The notes: generated from the sequence alone by a model not told the origin. 64,000 nucleotides of DNA from Felis catus (GCF_018350175.1 NC_058371.1:121458001-121522000), one strand, 5' to 3'. Counted from the stretch's first letter, positions 26,343 to 39,057 are shown. A program made the numbers and translations.

Positions 26343-26579
26343 GGGGCGCCTGGGTGGCGCAGTCGGTTGAGCGTCCGACTTCAGCCAGGTCACGATCTCG
26401 CTGTCCGTGAGTTCGAGCCCCGCGTCAGGCTCTGGCCTGATGGCTCAGAGCCTGGAGCCTGTTTCCGATTCTGTGTCTCCCTCTCTCTCTGCGCCTCGCC
26501 TGTTCATGCTCTGTCTCTCTCTCTGTCCCAAAAATAAATAAACGTTGAAAAAAAAATTAAAAAAAAATTAAAAAAAAAA
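26343..26579 (+). mobile_element. SINEC_Fc (young) nested in the tail of the previous SINE
   Basis: Starts in the A tail, with aaaaaaattaaa repeated on both sides. Confidence 0.95.
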
Positions 26580-27234
26580 AAGAATCTGTGCCTCATTAGA
26601 AGTAAAAATGTAATCAAGATCAGACAAAACTTACATGAAATGTTTGCTTCCGCAGAATTTTCCCCAAAACTCAAACTGGTTGGATAAAAACTAAAACAAT
26701 GCAAGACCGTTAGCAAAGTCAAATTTTTCTAAGATCTCTGTATATTTCAGCTGTGATTTTGCAGGAAGACTGTAAGCTAGAATAAGAAGCTATTTGCTTA
26801 TATCCCATCGAAACTAGAGAGCAAAGATATTCTGTGACCAATTAGTCTTCGGAAAAAATTATTCCAAAAAATTTTGAAATAAGGGTGTGGTTAATTACAT
26901 TTAGAAATAAGTTTGTGGTTAATGTGAAAGCAAAAGAAAACCTTCTGGGGGGAAAAAAAAAGGTATAGATAGTTTTTGTCTATCAAGACTGCCCGCAATA
27001 CCACGATCTTAGTTTATGCCTCTGAAAGGACAACTCCCATGAGACAGTTGTTGGGCACCTATAGCCCTGCCCCAATAAGACCTCAGTGTCCAAAGACAAA
27101 GTGCAGAATCAAAGAGACCAAAGGGGAGAAAGGGGCAGCGTAGCATGACTAAACTCTGCAAATTTTCCTGATTGTTCTGTGCTATGTGGCTGTATGGTGA
27201 GACTGAACCACCCACTTTCCTCAATAAATGTAGT

Positions 27235-27460
27235 GGATTTGTTTTCATCTTGTTAATGTTTATATATTTTTGAGAGAGAGAGAGCGAGAGAGTGCACACG
27301 TGCAAGCTGGGGACGGGCAGAAAGAGAGGGGGACAGAGGGTCCAAAATGGGCTCTGCGCTAACAGAGAGAAAGCCCAACTCAGGGCCCAAACTCACAAAC
27401 CGTGAGATCATGACCTGAGCCAAAGTCGGATGCTTAACCGACTGAGCCACCCAGGCGCCC
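27235..27460 (-). mobile_element. Can-SINE
   Basis: TSD CAATAAATGTAGT. Confidence 0.93.
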
Positions 27461-27726
27461 CAATAAATGTAGTTTAGACGGTTGTTTAGAAAGAAAAAAT
27501 CACGAGGTCAATGCACATTAAAACGATGACCTACATTTTTCTCTTACTGATTTAGTAAGTGCTTGACTAGAAACAGGGAGGAAAAAGACTTTAAGGAGAA
27601 AAGACGAGGTAGAAGCTTCTCAAACTTCAGTAAATTGGCACCGAGCGAAAACGTCCATCTTATCTTGGTCAAATGCAAACTTACTGCACAGGCACTGTAA
27701 GTACAGATAAGGAAAATGAAATGTTT

Positions 27727-27955
27727 TGTTTTTTTTTTTAATTTTTTTTTTTTGAACGTTTATTTATTTTTTTGAGACAGAGAGAGACAGAGCATGAACA
27801 GGGGAGGGGCAGAGAGAGGGAGACAGAATCTGAAACAGGCTCTAGGCTCTGAGCTGTCAGCACAGAGCCTGACGTGGGGCTCGAACTCACGGACCGCGAG
27901 ATCATGACCTGAGCCGAAGTCAGCCGCTTAACCGACTGAGCCACCCAGGCGCCCC
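27727..27955 (-). mobile_element. SINEC_Fc2-type SINE
   Basis: TSD GAAAATGAA(A)TGTTTT. Confidence 0.94.
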
Positions 27956-28302
27956 AGAAAATGAATGTTTTTAAGTAATGGTACAAAACAACGGCAACAG
28001 CAATAACAACATCAACAAAAAAGAAGAAAAGAAACCTTTACATCTCTGACTGCCTTTAGGACAACAGGAAAACAGGAAAACAAACTTATTTCATAGGTGC
28101 GGTCATCATTAGGGACACATGCTGGCCTACACATAGCATAGGATGACAGATCTAGAAGAGGAGTAAATCTTTTTCTGTGACTTTAAGTAAGGATAGTACC
28201 ATAAAATGCAGAGTCCTTTAATAATTATACTGCCCCCCCCCCAAAAAAAATCACAAATTTGGGCCTGGGAGATCTGTTCGTTTAAAAGACAACACACACA
28301 TA

Positions 28303-28540
28303 GGGGCGCCTGGGTGGCGCAGTCGGTTAAGCGTCCGACTTCAGCTCAGGTCACGATCTCGCGGTCCGTGAGTTCGAGCCCCGCGTCGGGCTCTGGGCTG
28401 ATGGCTCAGAGCCTGGAGCCTGTTTCTGATTCTGTGTCTCCCTCTCTCTCTGCCCCTCCCCCGTTCATGCTCTGTCTCTCTCTGCCCCCCCCCAAAAAAA
28501 ATAAATAAATAAACGTTGAAAAAATAAATAAATAAATAAA
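28303..28540 (+). mobile_element. SINEC_Fc
   Basis: TSD TAAAAGACAACACACA. Confidence 0.95.
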
Positions 28541-29114
28541 TAAAAGACAACACACAGCCGATCGAGTCAGCCATCATTTTGTGAGGTGTTTATTGAACAC
28601 TTATCAGTTCTCAGATATTGTTTGGACCCTTGTTTGAGTAAGACACATTCCTTCTCCCTGAAACTCTCCACCCGAAAGTAAGGGGAGGGATAGGCACAGG
28701 TAAGCTGAAAAACTAAAATACATTACAGCAAGTGTTATTAAAAAAAAAAAAAAAAAGTGGAAAAAGTACTGGTAAGGTCTCCATGTCAGGAAATCTAATT
28801 CTGCTTCTTCCCCACTCCCCCTCCTCCTTAAATCAAAATCTTTAAAACTCTTCTCTCATCCATCACACCCCAAGGTAGGCTTAAATGTTCTCCTGGATAC
28901 ACTGAAGAACATCAAACAACACAAGAAGTGTATCTTTTCATTCAAAGAAGGAAGCTACCCATCTGCAGGTGAGCCCAGACTACTTTTTAAACAGAAATTC
29001 CAGAACATGATTTCTTTGCTACCATTGTTTCAGCATCTCATAGGGTGAGCAAGCAGGCCCCGTTTTTCCAAAGCTTCTTTTCCAAGATGCAGGTCTTCAA
29101 AGAGCTTTCGTCCT

Positions 29115-29310
29115 TTCCTTTGCTGGACCATCGGTAGATTACCTAACCTCTCTGAACTTCAGTTTTCTATCTGTAAAATGGCCACGATAATAATCCCTAC
29201 CCCACATAGTTGCTGCTAGAATTAAGTAAGGTGGCAATGCCGGAAAAAAAAAAAAAAAAAAAAAACAAGTAGAGTGCCTGGAACCTTTAATAAACGCTCA
29301 ATAACTATTC
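29115..29310 (+). mobile_element. MIR remnant
   Basis: cctaacctctctgaacttcagttttctatctgtaaaatgg...aataaacgctcaataa. Confidence 0.7.
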
Positions 29311-29982
29311 ACTCTGATGAACTCAATTCCTAAAGATTGTACCTATTATAATGTGCCTGACCTCCCAAAAGGCGAAAGGCTTATTTATAGTTATGAATTC
29401 CATAATGGACTCCATTGGATTTATGAGCACATTATTTCAATTGGTATTTAGTGTTTTGAACGCTACGTTGCCAAAATTGGCTTTTAAATGTGCCAAATTT
29501 CAAGTAATTGTCTACTGCACCCTAGTTAATTGGCCTTTTAAGTTAATACATAATTTCCTCTTTAAATGGTTATTGTAAAGCTTAACAATGAAAAGATAGA
29601 CCCACAGCTGCAGGACAAAACAGTAATGTTACCGGTAATGCACGACATCCAGGAAGAATAAGAGAGACAAATTTGAAGGGAATGTTTCCCAAAGGGGAAG
29701 ATTCACTGAGAATGCAGCTTTACCGACCATGATTTTGGTAAGAGTCAGATAAGCATGAGCACATTCGAACAGCGAGGTTCAGTCTGGTGACGCCTTTCTA
29801 TCGGATAAGGATCTTCAAAGGAAACACTTAAGTATAGATTAGAAATACAAAGAAAATCTAGCCCTTCCAAAATAGTGCCCTGAGCTTGCTGATAGACTGC
29901 CTCACAGTTTAGAACTGAGAAGAGTGTGAGGAAATCTTGTTGTCCCAGGTTCTACAGCCTGAAAACATCTGGCTCTTAAGAG

Positions 29983-30191
29983 TTTTTTTTTTTTTTTCAA
30001 ACGTCTGTTGTTTAATGTTTATTCTTCAGACAGAGAGAGAGCATGAACGGGGGAGGGTCAGAGAGAAAGGGAGACACAGCATCCGAAACAGGCTCCAGGC
30101 TCTGAGCTGTCAGCACAGAGCCCGACGCGGGGCTCGAACTCACGGACCACGAGATCGTGACCTGAGCCAAAGTCGGCCGCTCAACCGACTG
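29983..30191 (-). mobile_element. 5'-truncated Can-SINE
   Basis: Body intact; the first ~17 nt (GGGGCGCCTGGGTGGCT) are absent. Confidence 0.88.
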
Positions 30192-31133
30192 TTAACAGCT
30201 TTAAGCAATTCCTCTCCGACAATGTGCTGGCGATCACAGAATGTACACTTAACCTACAGCTTCCAAAACACTTTCTTGCCGTCTCCCATCTCTACTGCTC
30301 TGCCCTTACTCTTTCTAATCCCGGGAAGCTTCCCGCACCTCCCCTTTCTGCCACCTTCATCCGCTAAGACTCAGACAGATGCCATCTTCTCCCTGGAGCA
30401 TCCTCAGTGCCTTCAGTTGTGACTTCTTTTTCTTGGTCCCGGGTATTTTTATGACATTGGATTTCTCTCTCGATTACACCTAAGTGCACTAGGAAGAAAT
30501 CCAAAACATGTCCACCTCTTCTAGGCCTGAGCTTTTTAGGTTTCAGGACTCTGCCATATCTCTGTACATAGCGCACCGCCTTTTATAGATACTCAAAAAT
30601 CTCTCGGAAGCGAGTGCATAAATGAAGTCTGCGTGGCTTAAAGTTATGATGTGTGTGATTTATGCCTGCATAGCGAGAGGGAAAGCAGATACCCTGCAGG
30701 CCAAATAGCCATCTTTTCGGGAAAACCTCGTTCATTCACTTTCAGTAACACCGCAGAGGCCTCGAAAAATTATTGAACCACAACCCAACTCCTGAGCTTC
30801 TAGACGACCCACATTTTTCACTGAAGACTACTGAACCAATTCACCAACCTGATTGGCAAAACCGTCCTAAAAACCTGCTCCCGGAGGCAGGCTGCCTTAG
30901 AAGAAAATTTGCTGGGTGCACTCAGGATTATTGGATTTATCACTGCATTTGGAGCTCTCTTTACCAAAGGTTAGCATTTAGGAGGAAAACAAGAATGCAT
31001 GTGACCACTGCCTCCCCGCTTCACCTCGGCACAGGGTCACTTTACCAGGGAGATCTTCCCTCCCTGCACCAGCTAACAGGGCACACCACCTGCTCATCCT
31101 TCACTGCCTTACCTTCGTTTTCTTCTCTTTTTA

Positions 31134-31369
31134 TTTTTTTTTTATTTTTTTTTTAATTTTTTTTTTCAACGTTTATTTATTTTTGGGACAGAGAGAGACA
31201 GAGCATGAACGGGGGAGGGGCAGAGAGAGAGGGAGACACAGAATCGGAAACAGGCTCCAGGCTCTGAGCCATCAGCCCAGAGCCTGACGCGGGGCTCGAA
31301 CTCACGGAGCGCGAGATCGTGACCTGGCTGAAGTCGGACGCCTAACCGACTGCGCCACCCAGGCGCCCC
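31134..31369 (-). mobile_element. SINEC_Fc (young)
   Basis: 19-bp TSD TCGTTTTCTTCTCTTTTTA. Confidence 0.96.
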
Positions 31370-31389
31370 ATCGTTTTCTTCTCTTTTTA

Positions 31390-31590
31390 AACAAAGTGCT
31401 TAAAATGTCCCAACATCTTATATCCCTTATTCATCTATGATGTTCATTGTTTCTCGTCTGCTTTCCTTGCTAGTAGGTGAGCTAGAAGTCTTTGTTTCAT
31501 TCACTCACATACTGATGTGTCTGAAGGCTCTATAAAATGCCTTGTACACAACAGGCCCTCAATAAATTTGTTGAAGGAATGAATAAATTC
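31390..31590 (+). mobile_element. L2 3' end remnant
   Basis: ...acaacaggccctcaataaatttgttgaaggaatgaat is an L2 terminus. Confidence 0.65.
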
Positions 31591-31616
31591 GTGATTTAAG
31601 GAGTGCTCTCTCTCTC

Positions 31617-31823
31617 TTCTTTTTTAAATGTTTATTTTTGACAGAGAGAGACAGAGCATGAGCGGGGGAGGGGCAGAGAGACAGGGAGACACAGAATCCG
31701 AAGCAGGCTCCAGGCTCTGAGCTGTCACCATAGAGCCCGACGCCAGGCCCGAACTCACAGACCGTGAGATCACAACCTGAGCCGAAGTCCGACGCTCAAC
31801 CAAGCGAGCCACCCAGGAGCCCC
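31617..31823 (-). mobile_element. SINEC_Fc2-type SINE
   Basis: Degenerate TSD ttaRGKAGTGCTCTCT. Confidence 0.92.
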
Positions 31824-32160
31824 TTAGGTAGTGCTCTCTTAACAAGTATTTCTCTGCTAATGAGATAGGAAAGGGCCAAAAGTACACCCGCTGAAGATGT
31901 AACATAGGAAGATTAGAGAGAGTTAACATGCCAAGAAAAAAATTATACATGCTTATGTTTACACAGAAGAGCCTCGGATCAAGAATGGTGGGGGAAGACC
32001 CGACGCAAAACCTCAGCTTTGCCCACGGTGCCGGGGAGGACTGGCAGTGCAGTGCGTTACCAGAAAAATAACAACCTATGACTCGTTGACCATGCACACG
32101 TGTGCAAAGCGCTCGCTGCCCGACGTTACTTTTCCATCTAGTACTTTCCAGCTTGGTTTA

Positions 32161-32386
32161 CAGCAGGTTCTCAGTCGCGGCATTGCGCCCATTTTGAGTT
32201 TGGTGAACCTCTGTGGTGGGGGTTGTCCTGTACATCGGGGCACAGTCAGCAGCATTCCTGGCTTTACTCGCAACACATCAGCACTAACGTCGAGTTGTAG
32301 CAACCAGCTATGACTCCGGGAATGGCCCGATGTCACCCACTGCCAAACGAAGGTGAGGCAAAATCTCCCTCTGTTGAAAAGCACTG
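32161..32386 (-). mobile_element. MER20 hAT-Charlie MITE (CpG-rich copy)
   Basis: cagcaggttctcag...ggttgtcctgtacat...agcagcattcctggc...ggcaaaatctccctctgttgaaaagcactg is reverse MER20. Confidence 0.8.
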
Positions 32387-34150
32387 GTTTAGAGCCTGTC
32401 TGGCATGAGTGTGTTGCAGTCCTAACCTCTCTGGCCTCCCTTCCTCTTCTCTCCTCCCTCCATATCTCATGTCTGTATTTGCACTTCTCTGCCCTCCCAG
32501 CACAATGTCCCAGCTCCATCCCGGAGGCTTTTCTCAAGGTCACAATGGCCGCCATTCCCAGCTTTGCCTGAAAACCTGGTACATGATCTTTCCTGGCCAC
32601 TGCAAAAGTAAGTTTAGGTCAATCAGATTCTTCATAACANNNNNNNNNNNNNNNNNNNNNNNNNNNNNNNNNNNNNNNNNNNNNNNNNNNNNNNNNNNNN
32701 NNNNNNNNNNNNNNNNNNNNNNNNNNNNNNNNNNNNNNNNNNNNNNNNNNNNNNNNNNNNNNNNNNNNNACAAGTTCATCTTGCTAACATAGAGTAACTT
32801 GTGAGTACTGTTAGACAAAGTGTGTGTCTTTATACCTGCACCTGCAAGGAGAAGAATGACAGAAGAAAAAGGAGCAGAGAACTTCCTTTGCTACAGAATG
32901 TCTCTTACATCCTGTTTACCTCAAAAGTGGGGAACCAGGGTTCCTCAATGATAAACACCCAAAAACGACACAATCCTTTCAATAATAGATTTAAATCAGA
33001 CAGATTTTCACCTCTGATACCTTTAAAAGACTAAAATCTATACCCTCAGCTATTGATAAGGGAATGAGATGCTCTATCTTCCTTGTTCTAATGTTTCTCT
33101 ATGGATTCTTTAGCATTGAAATCCTTGTCAGGGTCTAGCAGAGGCAAGGACGGGTAGAAAAAGGTATTAAGAAATAGTACAGTCTTCAATCTTGATTCTT
33201 GCCTAAAAGAATTTTTTTAAGGCTGCTTTAGCCTTTAAATAGTTTTGCAAGTCACATTACATGACAACACCATCTAGAAAAATACACTGTGAGCCCAAGG
33301 CACCAGCACGGAATCAAAACATCCACTATAAATATCATGGTGAATCAGATTGCACTAGGGAGAAATAAACTCCCAAGGAGCATGTTTGAGATTTTCCAGG
33401 AAGCCCTAATTCTTTCAGGGCATTATAGGGATCATTTAACGTGGAAACACTTAGATCTCTGAGCACTCGGCCACATAGACACACACCCACGGCACAATTA
33501 AATTGGGAGCTCATTTTCCTGAATTCACAGCAAGGATATAAAAAACAGAGACAGGAGGTTGACTTAAATTGGATGCCATTTCCCTCACACTTTTAAAAAT
33601 CTTGCACTTCTTTTTTTCCCCTTACAACCAGCTTTCCATACCTCCAGACTACCTACTTACTTATGGTTTTTTTTTTTTCTTTTTTTTTTCGTGGCTTTGA
33701 ACATACTATAAGTAAAAGGATACTCCTTTGGGCCACACCCTCCAGAAGACCAGATGAAGTTGCTTTTCATTGCAATCGGCCCTGAGAATGCTTGGCTTAA
33801 TTCCCATTATAACTTCTGGTCTCAGACTAAGGTGGCCCGGTAGGAGGAATGTAGAGGAAACAGAATGGGAAAGAAAGATCAGAAGTACTTCAGCATCAGC
33901 ATTTCAGAGCACCCATTGGATGCTGGGGGGGTAAGAAGAACAATGCTTAATTTATGGGGAAAATAAGACAAACAAACTAGACATAGTAACTTTCCTTTTA
34001 AATAAATGAATGCATGCTAAATATAAACAGACTGAAAATATTTTCTAAAAGGCAGATGTGAGGCCAAGTGGGTAACTTTGTAGCAATGTAGTCACACACA
34101 CATTTTCTTACAGGAAGCTGAATTTGAGTTAGTTTTCAAAGGAAATTAGA

Positions 34151-34382
34151 GGGGTGTATGGGTGGCTCAGTTGGCTGAGCATCAGACTTCAGCTCAGTTC
34201 ATGATCTCGCCCTCTGTGAGTTTGAGCCCTGCGTCCGGCTCTGTGCTGACAGCTCTGAGCCTGGAGCCTGCTTCAGATTCTGTGTCTCCCTCTCTGTCTC
34301 TCTCTGTCTCTGTCTCTCTCCCTCTGCTCTTCCCCCACTCATACCCTTTCTCTGTCACAAAAACAAACAAAAAAAATTTTTT
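34151..34382 (+). mobile_element. Can-SINE
   Basis: TSD AAGGAAATKAGAG. Confidence 0.92.
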
Positions 34383-34501
34383 AAGGAAATGAGAGATACA
34401 GCTTAGAAGGAGGAATGGGACAGAGTGGTAGTAAAAGAATTATCTATAGCATGACATATAAAGTCCCCATGTTTATAATAATTATTTAAAACTATCAATC
34501 T

Positions 34502-34711
34502 GGGGCGCCTGGGTGGCTCGGTCGGTTAAGCGTCCGACTTCGGCTCAGGTCATGATCTCGCGGTCCGTGAGTTTGAGCCCCGCGTCGGGCTCTGTGCTGA
34601 CAGCTCAGAGCCTGGAGCTTGTTTCAGATTCTGTGTCTCCCTCTCTCTGACCCTCCCCCATTCATGCTCTGTCTCTCTCTGTCTCAAAAATAAACGTTAA
34701 AAAAAATTTTT

Positions 34712-34750
<39 letters not shown>
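34502..34750 (+). mobile_element. SINEC_Fc2-type SINE with (TAAA)n tail
   Basis: TSD AAAWCTATCAATCT. Confidence 0.95.
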
Positions 34751-34751
<1 letters not shown>

Positions 34752-35078
34752 ATCTATCAATCTTTATTGAAATAAAATATATCAATTATATTAAAACCGT
34801 TCTGGTTCCCATTCTGCCAGGAAGCAATCTCTCTGACCTTATAAATACTTCCCTTCCCTGTATCTCTTAGTTGGCTTTTTAAGTAAGAAAATGGGAGTCG
34901 ATTAAATCTTCAAGTCTACTAAAATGAATAGAAAAAATCTCTCTAGTCTCTGGGGCTCTTTCCACCTTAATGACTTATCTGGGATACATGTGAAGGCAAT
35001 ATTTTTTTCTTTTATTCTTTATTTTGAAAACACTCAGATTGCTTAAAGTACAGTTTCTTTAAAATGTCTCAAAGAAGA

Positions 35079-35296
35079 GGAGTGCCTGGTTGGCTCAGTC
35101 GGTGGAGTGAGTCCAGCTTCGGCTCAGGTCTTGATCTCACAGTTCATGGGTTCAAGCCCCGCGTGGGGCTCTGTGCTGACATCTCAGAGCCTGGAGCCTG
35201 CTTCGGATTCTGTGTCTCCCTCTCTCTCTGCTCCTCCCCTGCTCGTGCTCTGTCTCTCTCTGTCTCTCTCTCTCTCTCTCAAAAATAAATAAACAT
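35079..35296 (+). mobile_element. Can-SINE
   Basis: 19-bp TSD TAAAATGTCTCAAAGAAGA. Confidence 0.94.
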
Positions 35297-35508
35297 TAAA
35301 ATGTCTCAAAGAAGAAAAGAAACATAAACATATCCGCAAAATGAGTTCTAGATGTTTGTGGAGTAGGCAGTTATTAAAAGAATGTGAAATAAATGGCTTA
35401 TAAAGGCCCTCCCTCCCCATTTGTTTGTTGAAATGTTTTAATTTTCTACCTTTTTAACTAGACTAAAACATTATGTTATCCAAGGGAGATAAAAGATATA
35501 AGCAATCT

Positions 35509-35743
35509 GGGGTGCCTGAGTGGCTCAACCAGTTAAGCTTCCGACTTCAGATCAGGTCATGATCTCCCAGTTCGTGAGTTTGAGCCCTGCATCAGGCTCT
35601 CTGCTGACAGCTCGGAGCCTAGAGCCTGCTTCAGATTCTGTGTCTCCCTCTCTGTCTCTGTCCCTCCCCTGCTCACACTCTGTCTCTCTCTGTCTCTTAC
35701 AAATGAATAAACATTAAAAAAATTTTTACACACACACACACAC
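35509..35743 (+). mobile_element. Can-SINE with (CA)n after the tail
   Basis: TSD ATATAAGCAATCT. Confidence 0.94.
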
Positions 35744-38289
35744 ATATAAGCAATCTAATGTATTAACAGGAAGTACAGAATATCTGATATGTAGTACCAC
35801 TCATTAATGCCTAAAAATAAGAGCACTTAGAAACTGGAACTAAGCCAGGTGGTCTTTGAAGGAGTATTGACATAAATGGGAAAAGCCTAGAATATGAGGC
35901 ACGGCTAGGAGAGTAAACTTGTCCCCAGTGAGGAAGCCAGGACTTTCAGGATAAGTATCTTAAAATTCCAGAAGAAGCTGCCTTACCCACAGTGGGAACA
36001 AGTAAAAGGTGTTCAGGTTGCATAGAGAGGAACGGTAGTACTCACTGAAAATAAAATTCACCTACTTTGGTTTACCAAGGGCTTTCCTTGTTCAGATGCA
36101 AAATGTTTGTTTAAGAACATGGCCATCGGCAAAGAGACTGACTAGCCAGTTCTTTTTATCCCAAAATGAACACACACCAACCCTCAGTGTTGGCAAACTC
36201 TTCCACATCTCATGGAACTGAAGGTACGCATGAGGAGGCCAGTTGTGCTGTGTCAAACCAAAGCTACCCTGTTCAAAAAAGAGACAAAGTCCAACGGAGC
36301 CGACCTACTTTTACCACATCAACTTCTAGAAAAACTCTAATTATCAAATACTGGATTTCTTCCAGAAATGAGGCAATTGGTGACTTAGTCGCTGAGTCAG
36401 CTAGTCCTGTTAGACTGTCAATCATTGATTTTTTTTTTTTCCTTTTCACTTCTAATGTTTTTAAATGGCAACTCTTGTATGTAAGAGAATGAATGTGTCA
36501 GCTCAATTAGTATCATGCAGTCTAGATTCTCACGGTCCCTTCACAAATTCTGGAACTAAATGAAAGCCTAACGCATAAAAGGAAGTTCCCTTCTTTTTCT
36601 CTTTGTCTACTGAATTCACTTTATAGAATTCCATAAAGTACAGTCTCTCCTTTTTTCCAGATTTAAGGGGGTTGACAATAAGAGAGTACTGAAGGAGATT
36701 TTCCTTAAGCCTAAATCAGCAAGCCAAAAATTAGAATTCGTTGCATTTCTAGTACAAAGGTCAAGTCTCCTGAGCAGGGACTCAAGCCAGCACAAAGACA
36801 AGAATTCCACGTCCTTCCAGAGAGAGGCCTACTGTGATAATTCTTTGAAGTGATGTAAAGAAGATTTGTCCCGCGAAAAATCTCCACCTGAGCAAGTTTA
36901 TTTTTCCAGGCAGATATACGAAGGCTAGTTCATTTTCTAAGATGCGTATTTTATAAGCAATGTGTAATCTAAAATGTTATTAATGAGAGGAAATAGATTC
37001 ATACAACTCTAATAATCACGTAAGTCATGGAGATATGTAAAATCTCTGACCCACTGCTGCCAAAAAAAAACAAAACAACAAACAAAAATAGAATTTATAC
37101 CATTCCCCTGGCCATTAGGCATCCCCGGTTTCACTCACAAAAATGTTCAGCTGTGGACGCAATGTTATGGGGTCTCATTCGCATGGGAAAAGATGTGAAT
37201 GTAGAAATCAATTCAGAGCAAGATCTTCCTAAAAAAAAAGAGTTGTAATTCTTTGTCTATGTGTCCTTTTGGTGTTTCCAAAGAGGACCCAACTGATCCA
37301 CCATTGAAGAGACATGTGTTTATTCTATTTTCTATAGGAGAAAATAGAGTGGTCATGTATTGGCAGTGAGCAGTTCTATTTCCTGGGCTTCTTTTGATGT
37401 AAGATGACTAGCTAGGGTTAAGAACATAACCAGCTGTAGCAACCTACTCATGCCTGAGTTAAATGAAGGCTTCCTAAGACCACCACACTTCATGCCAATT
37501 GATTACCCACCTTGACATATTCAACAGTGTCACTTACATGCCCAAAATGTAAACACACAAGAGCACACGTGCTAAAAACAACTCTTCTTCCTCTCCCACT
37601 CACAAAGAACTGGAATGCCGCAGTTTTGCACTAAAAAATGTTTTCATCTGAGTTAATTTATTTTTTTAAAAAAACTAAAACATTCACAAAATGTGACGAT
37701 CCGTATTTGGTAACAAATTATTTGTGATGCACCCTTACAATAGACTAGGACACTCCATTGTGTCTGGCAGCATACACGTGAACAATCTTCAATGAATTAT
37801 TCTGACCCAAAGACAAAAGTAAAATAAATCTATTTCAGGAGCCAAAACCATGGACAATGAACACAGTTTGTCAGGAAGCTGTGAATTCACGTAAGAAAGC
37901 TTTCTTTCATTATGTTACTCTGGGGTAGAAAAACTCTCCTCAAGCAAAACAAGTTTCCACTAGTATGTAGTCTTTATCATATTTAAGCCATATCAGCTGA
38001 GTCAGGACAATATTCTCCACTACACCAAGTAAGATAAAAGAGCTCAAAAAATACTTCGAGGTAGGAATTTAAATTGTGGGAGAAAATGTCTACATTTACG
38101 TGACATTCAGTTTGTTCCTTTACATGGTTTGCAAAACCCCTCAGAACCTTATCCTTACCTTCACCTTTTCCTCTGTCATTCCTTGGCACGGCTCCTTCTC
38201 TCACTTCCCCCACCCACAACCTCCCTCTATTGGCATTACACACTCCAGTTACTCTGAACTTCTTTTCTGCAAATAGTCATACACAGAGT

Positions 38290-38830
38290 AAATCTCTTCC
38301 AATCCTGGCTCTCCCACTTACTACCTGTGTTACCTGAGGCAAGTTCCTAAACCGTCCATATCCCAGAATCCTCATCCTTCTTCCTAAATTGGAAGCGACA
38401 ACACCCAATTCATAAGGTTTTGTAAAAACCAGGTGAAACTGTTCCTATGGAACAACTTAGGAAGTGCCCAGTAAGTATTGGTTGGTATTAACAGTACTAA
38501 TTCCGCTGCCCAAAAGGCTCATTCTACTCCTCACCTTGTTTCATATACCCAGTCCCTAGGTATCTTTCAAATGTCAACGTAAACAAGATATCTTCCTAGC
38601 ATACCCCCTTCCCTGACGAGGTCAATACTCCTCTCATTTGTATGAGCATCTCTCGTTAAAGGACTTAACATTACCTCCTGTTGTTTCCTGTATACTGCCT
38701 GTGTTCTCCCACTGAACCGTAAGCTCCATGAAGACAACTTCTACCTCATGCCGTTCTCCACTTTATTCCCACCCCGACCAAACACTTGGTACATATTAGA
38801 CGCTCAAAATAGATCTGTGGAAAGAAAGAA
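38290..38830 (+). mobile_element. MIR (~38290-38480) and L2 3' end (~38560-38830) remnants
   Basis: aatcctggctctcccacttactacctgtgttacctgaggcaagtt; gtaagctccatgaagac...acgctcaaaatagatctgtggaaag. Confidence 0.6.
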
Positions 38831-39057
38831 TTACTAAATGAAAGTTGACTAGCCAGGGAAAAATCACTTCTGCTTGAATTCAGATTTCATTTTTGAACAC
38901 GTTTGTGGATTCTTTTATAACATGTCTAATTAGCTAACCATACGCTTCACTACTCTTCTATACTCCTAAACCACTGCTGCTGCCGGCAGAGAGAGAATTA
39001 GAGCCGTTGTTGCACTGGGAACAAGGTGAAAGTTTATTGAAAATGGAGGCCACTGGA

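Noticed and set aside
29937-32600. ORFs of 127-174 aa (29937+, 30773+, 31624-, 32076-)
   Set aside because: They run through SINE, L2 or MER20 sequence, often from non-ATG starts, with no protein family resemblance.
35811-35820. MEF2 consensus CTAAAAATAA (also TTATTTTTAG at 48061)
   Set aside because: Attractive for a muscle-expressed gene but expected by chance in AT-rich DNA; no supporting motif cluster seen.
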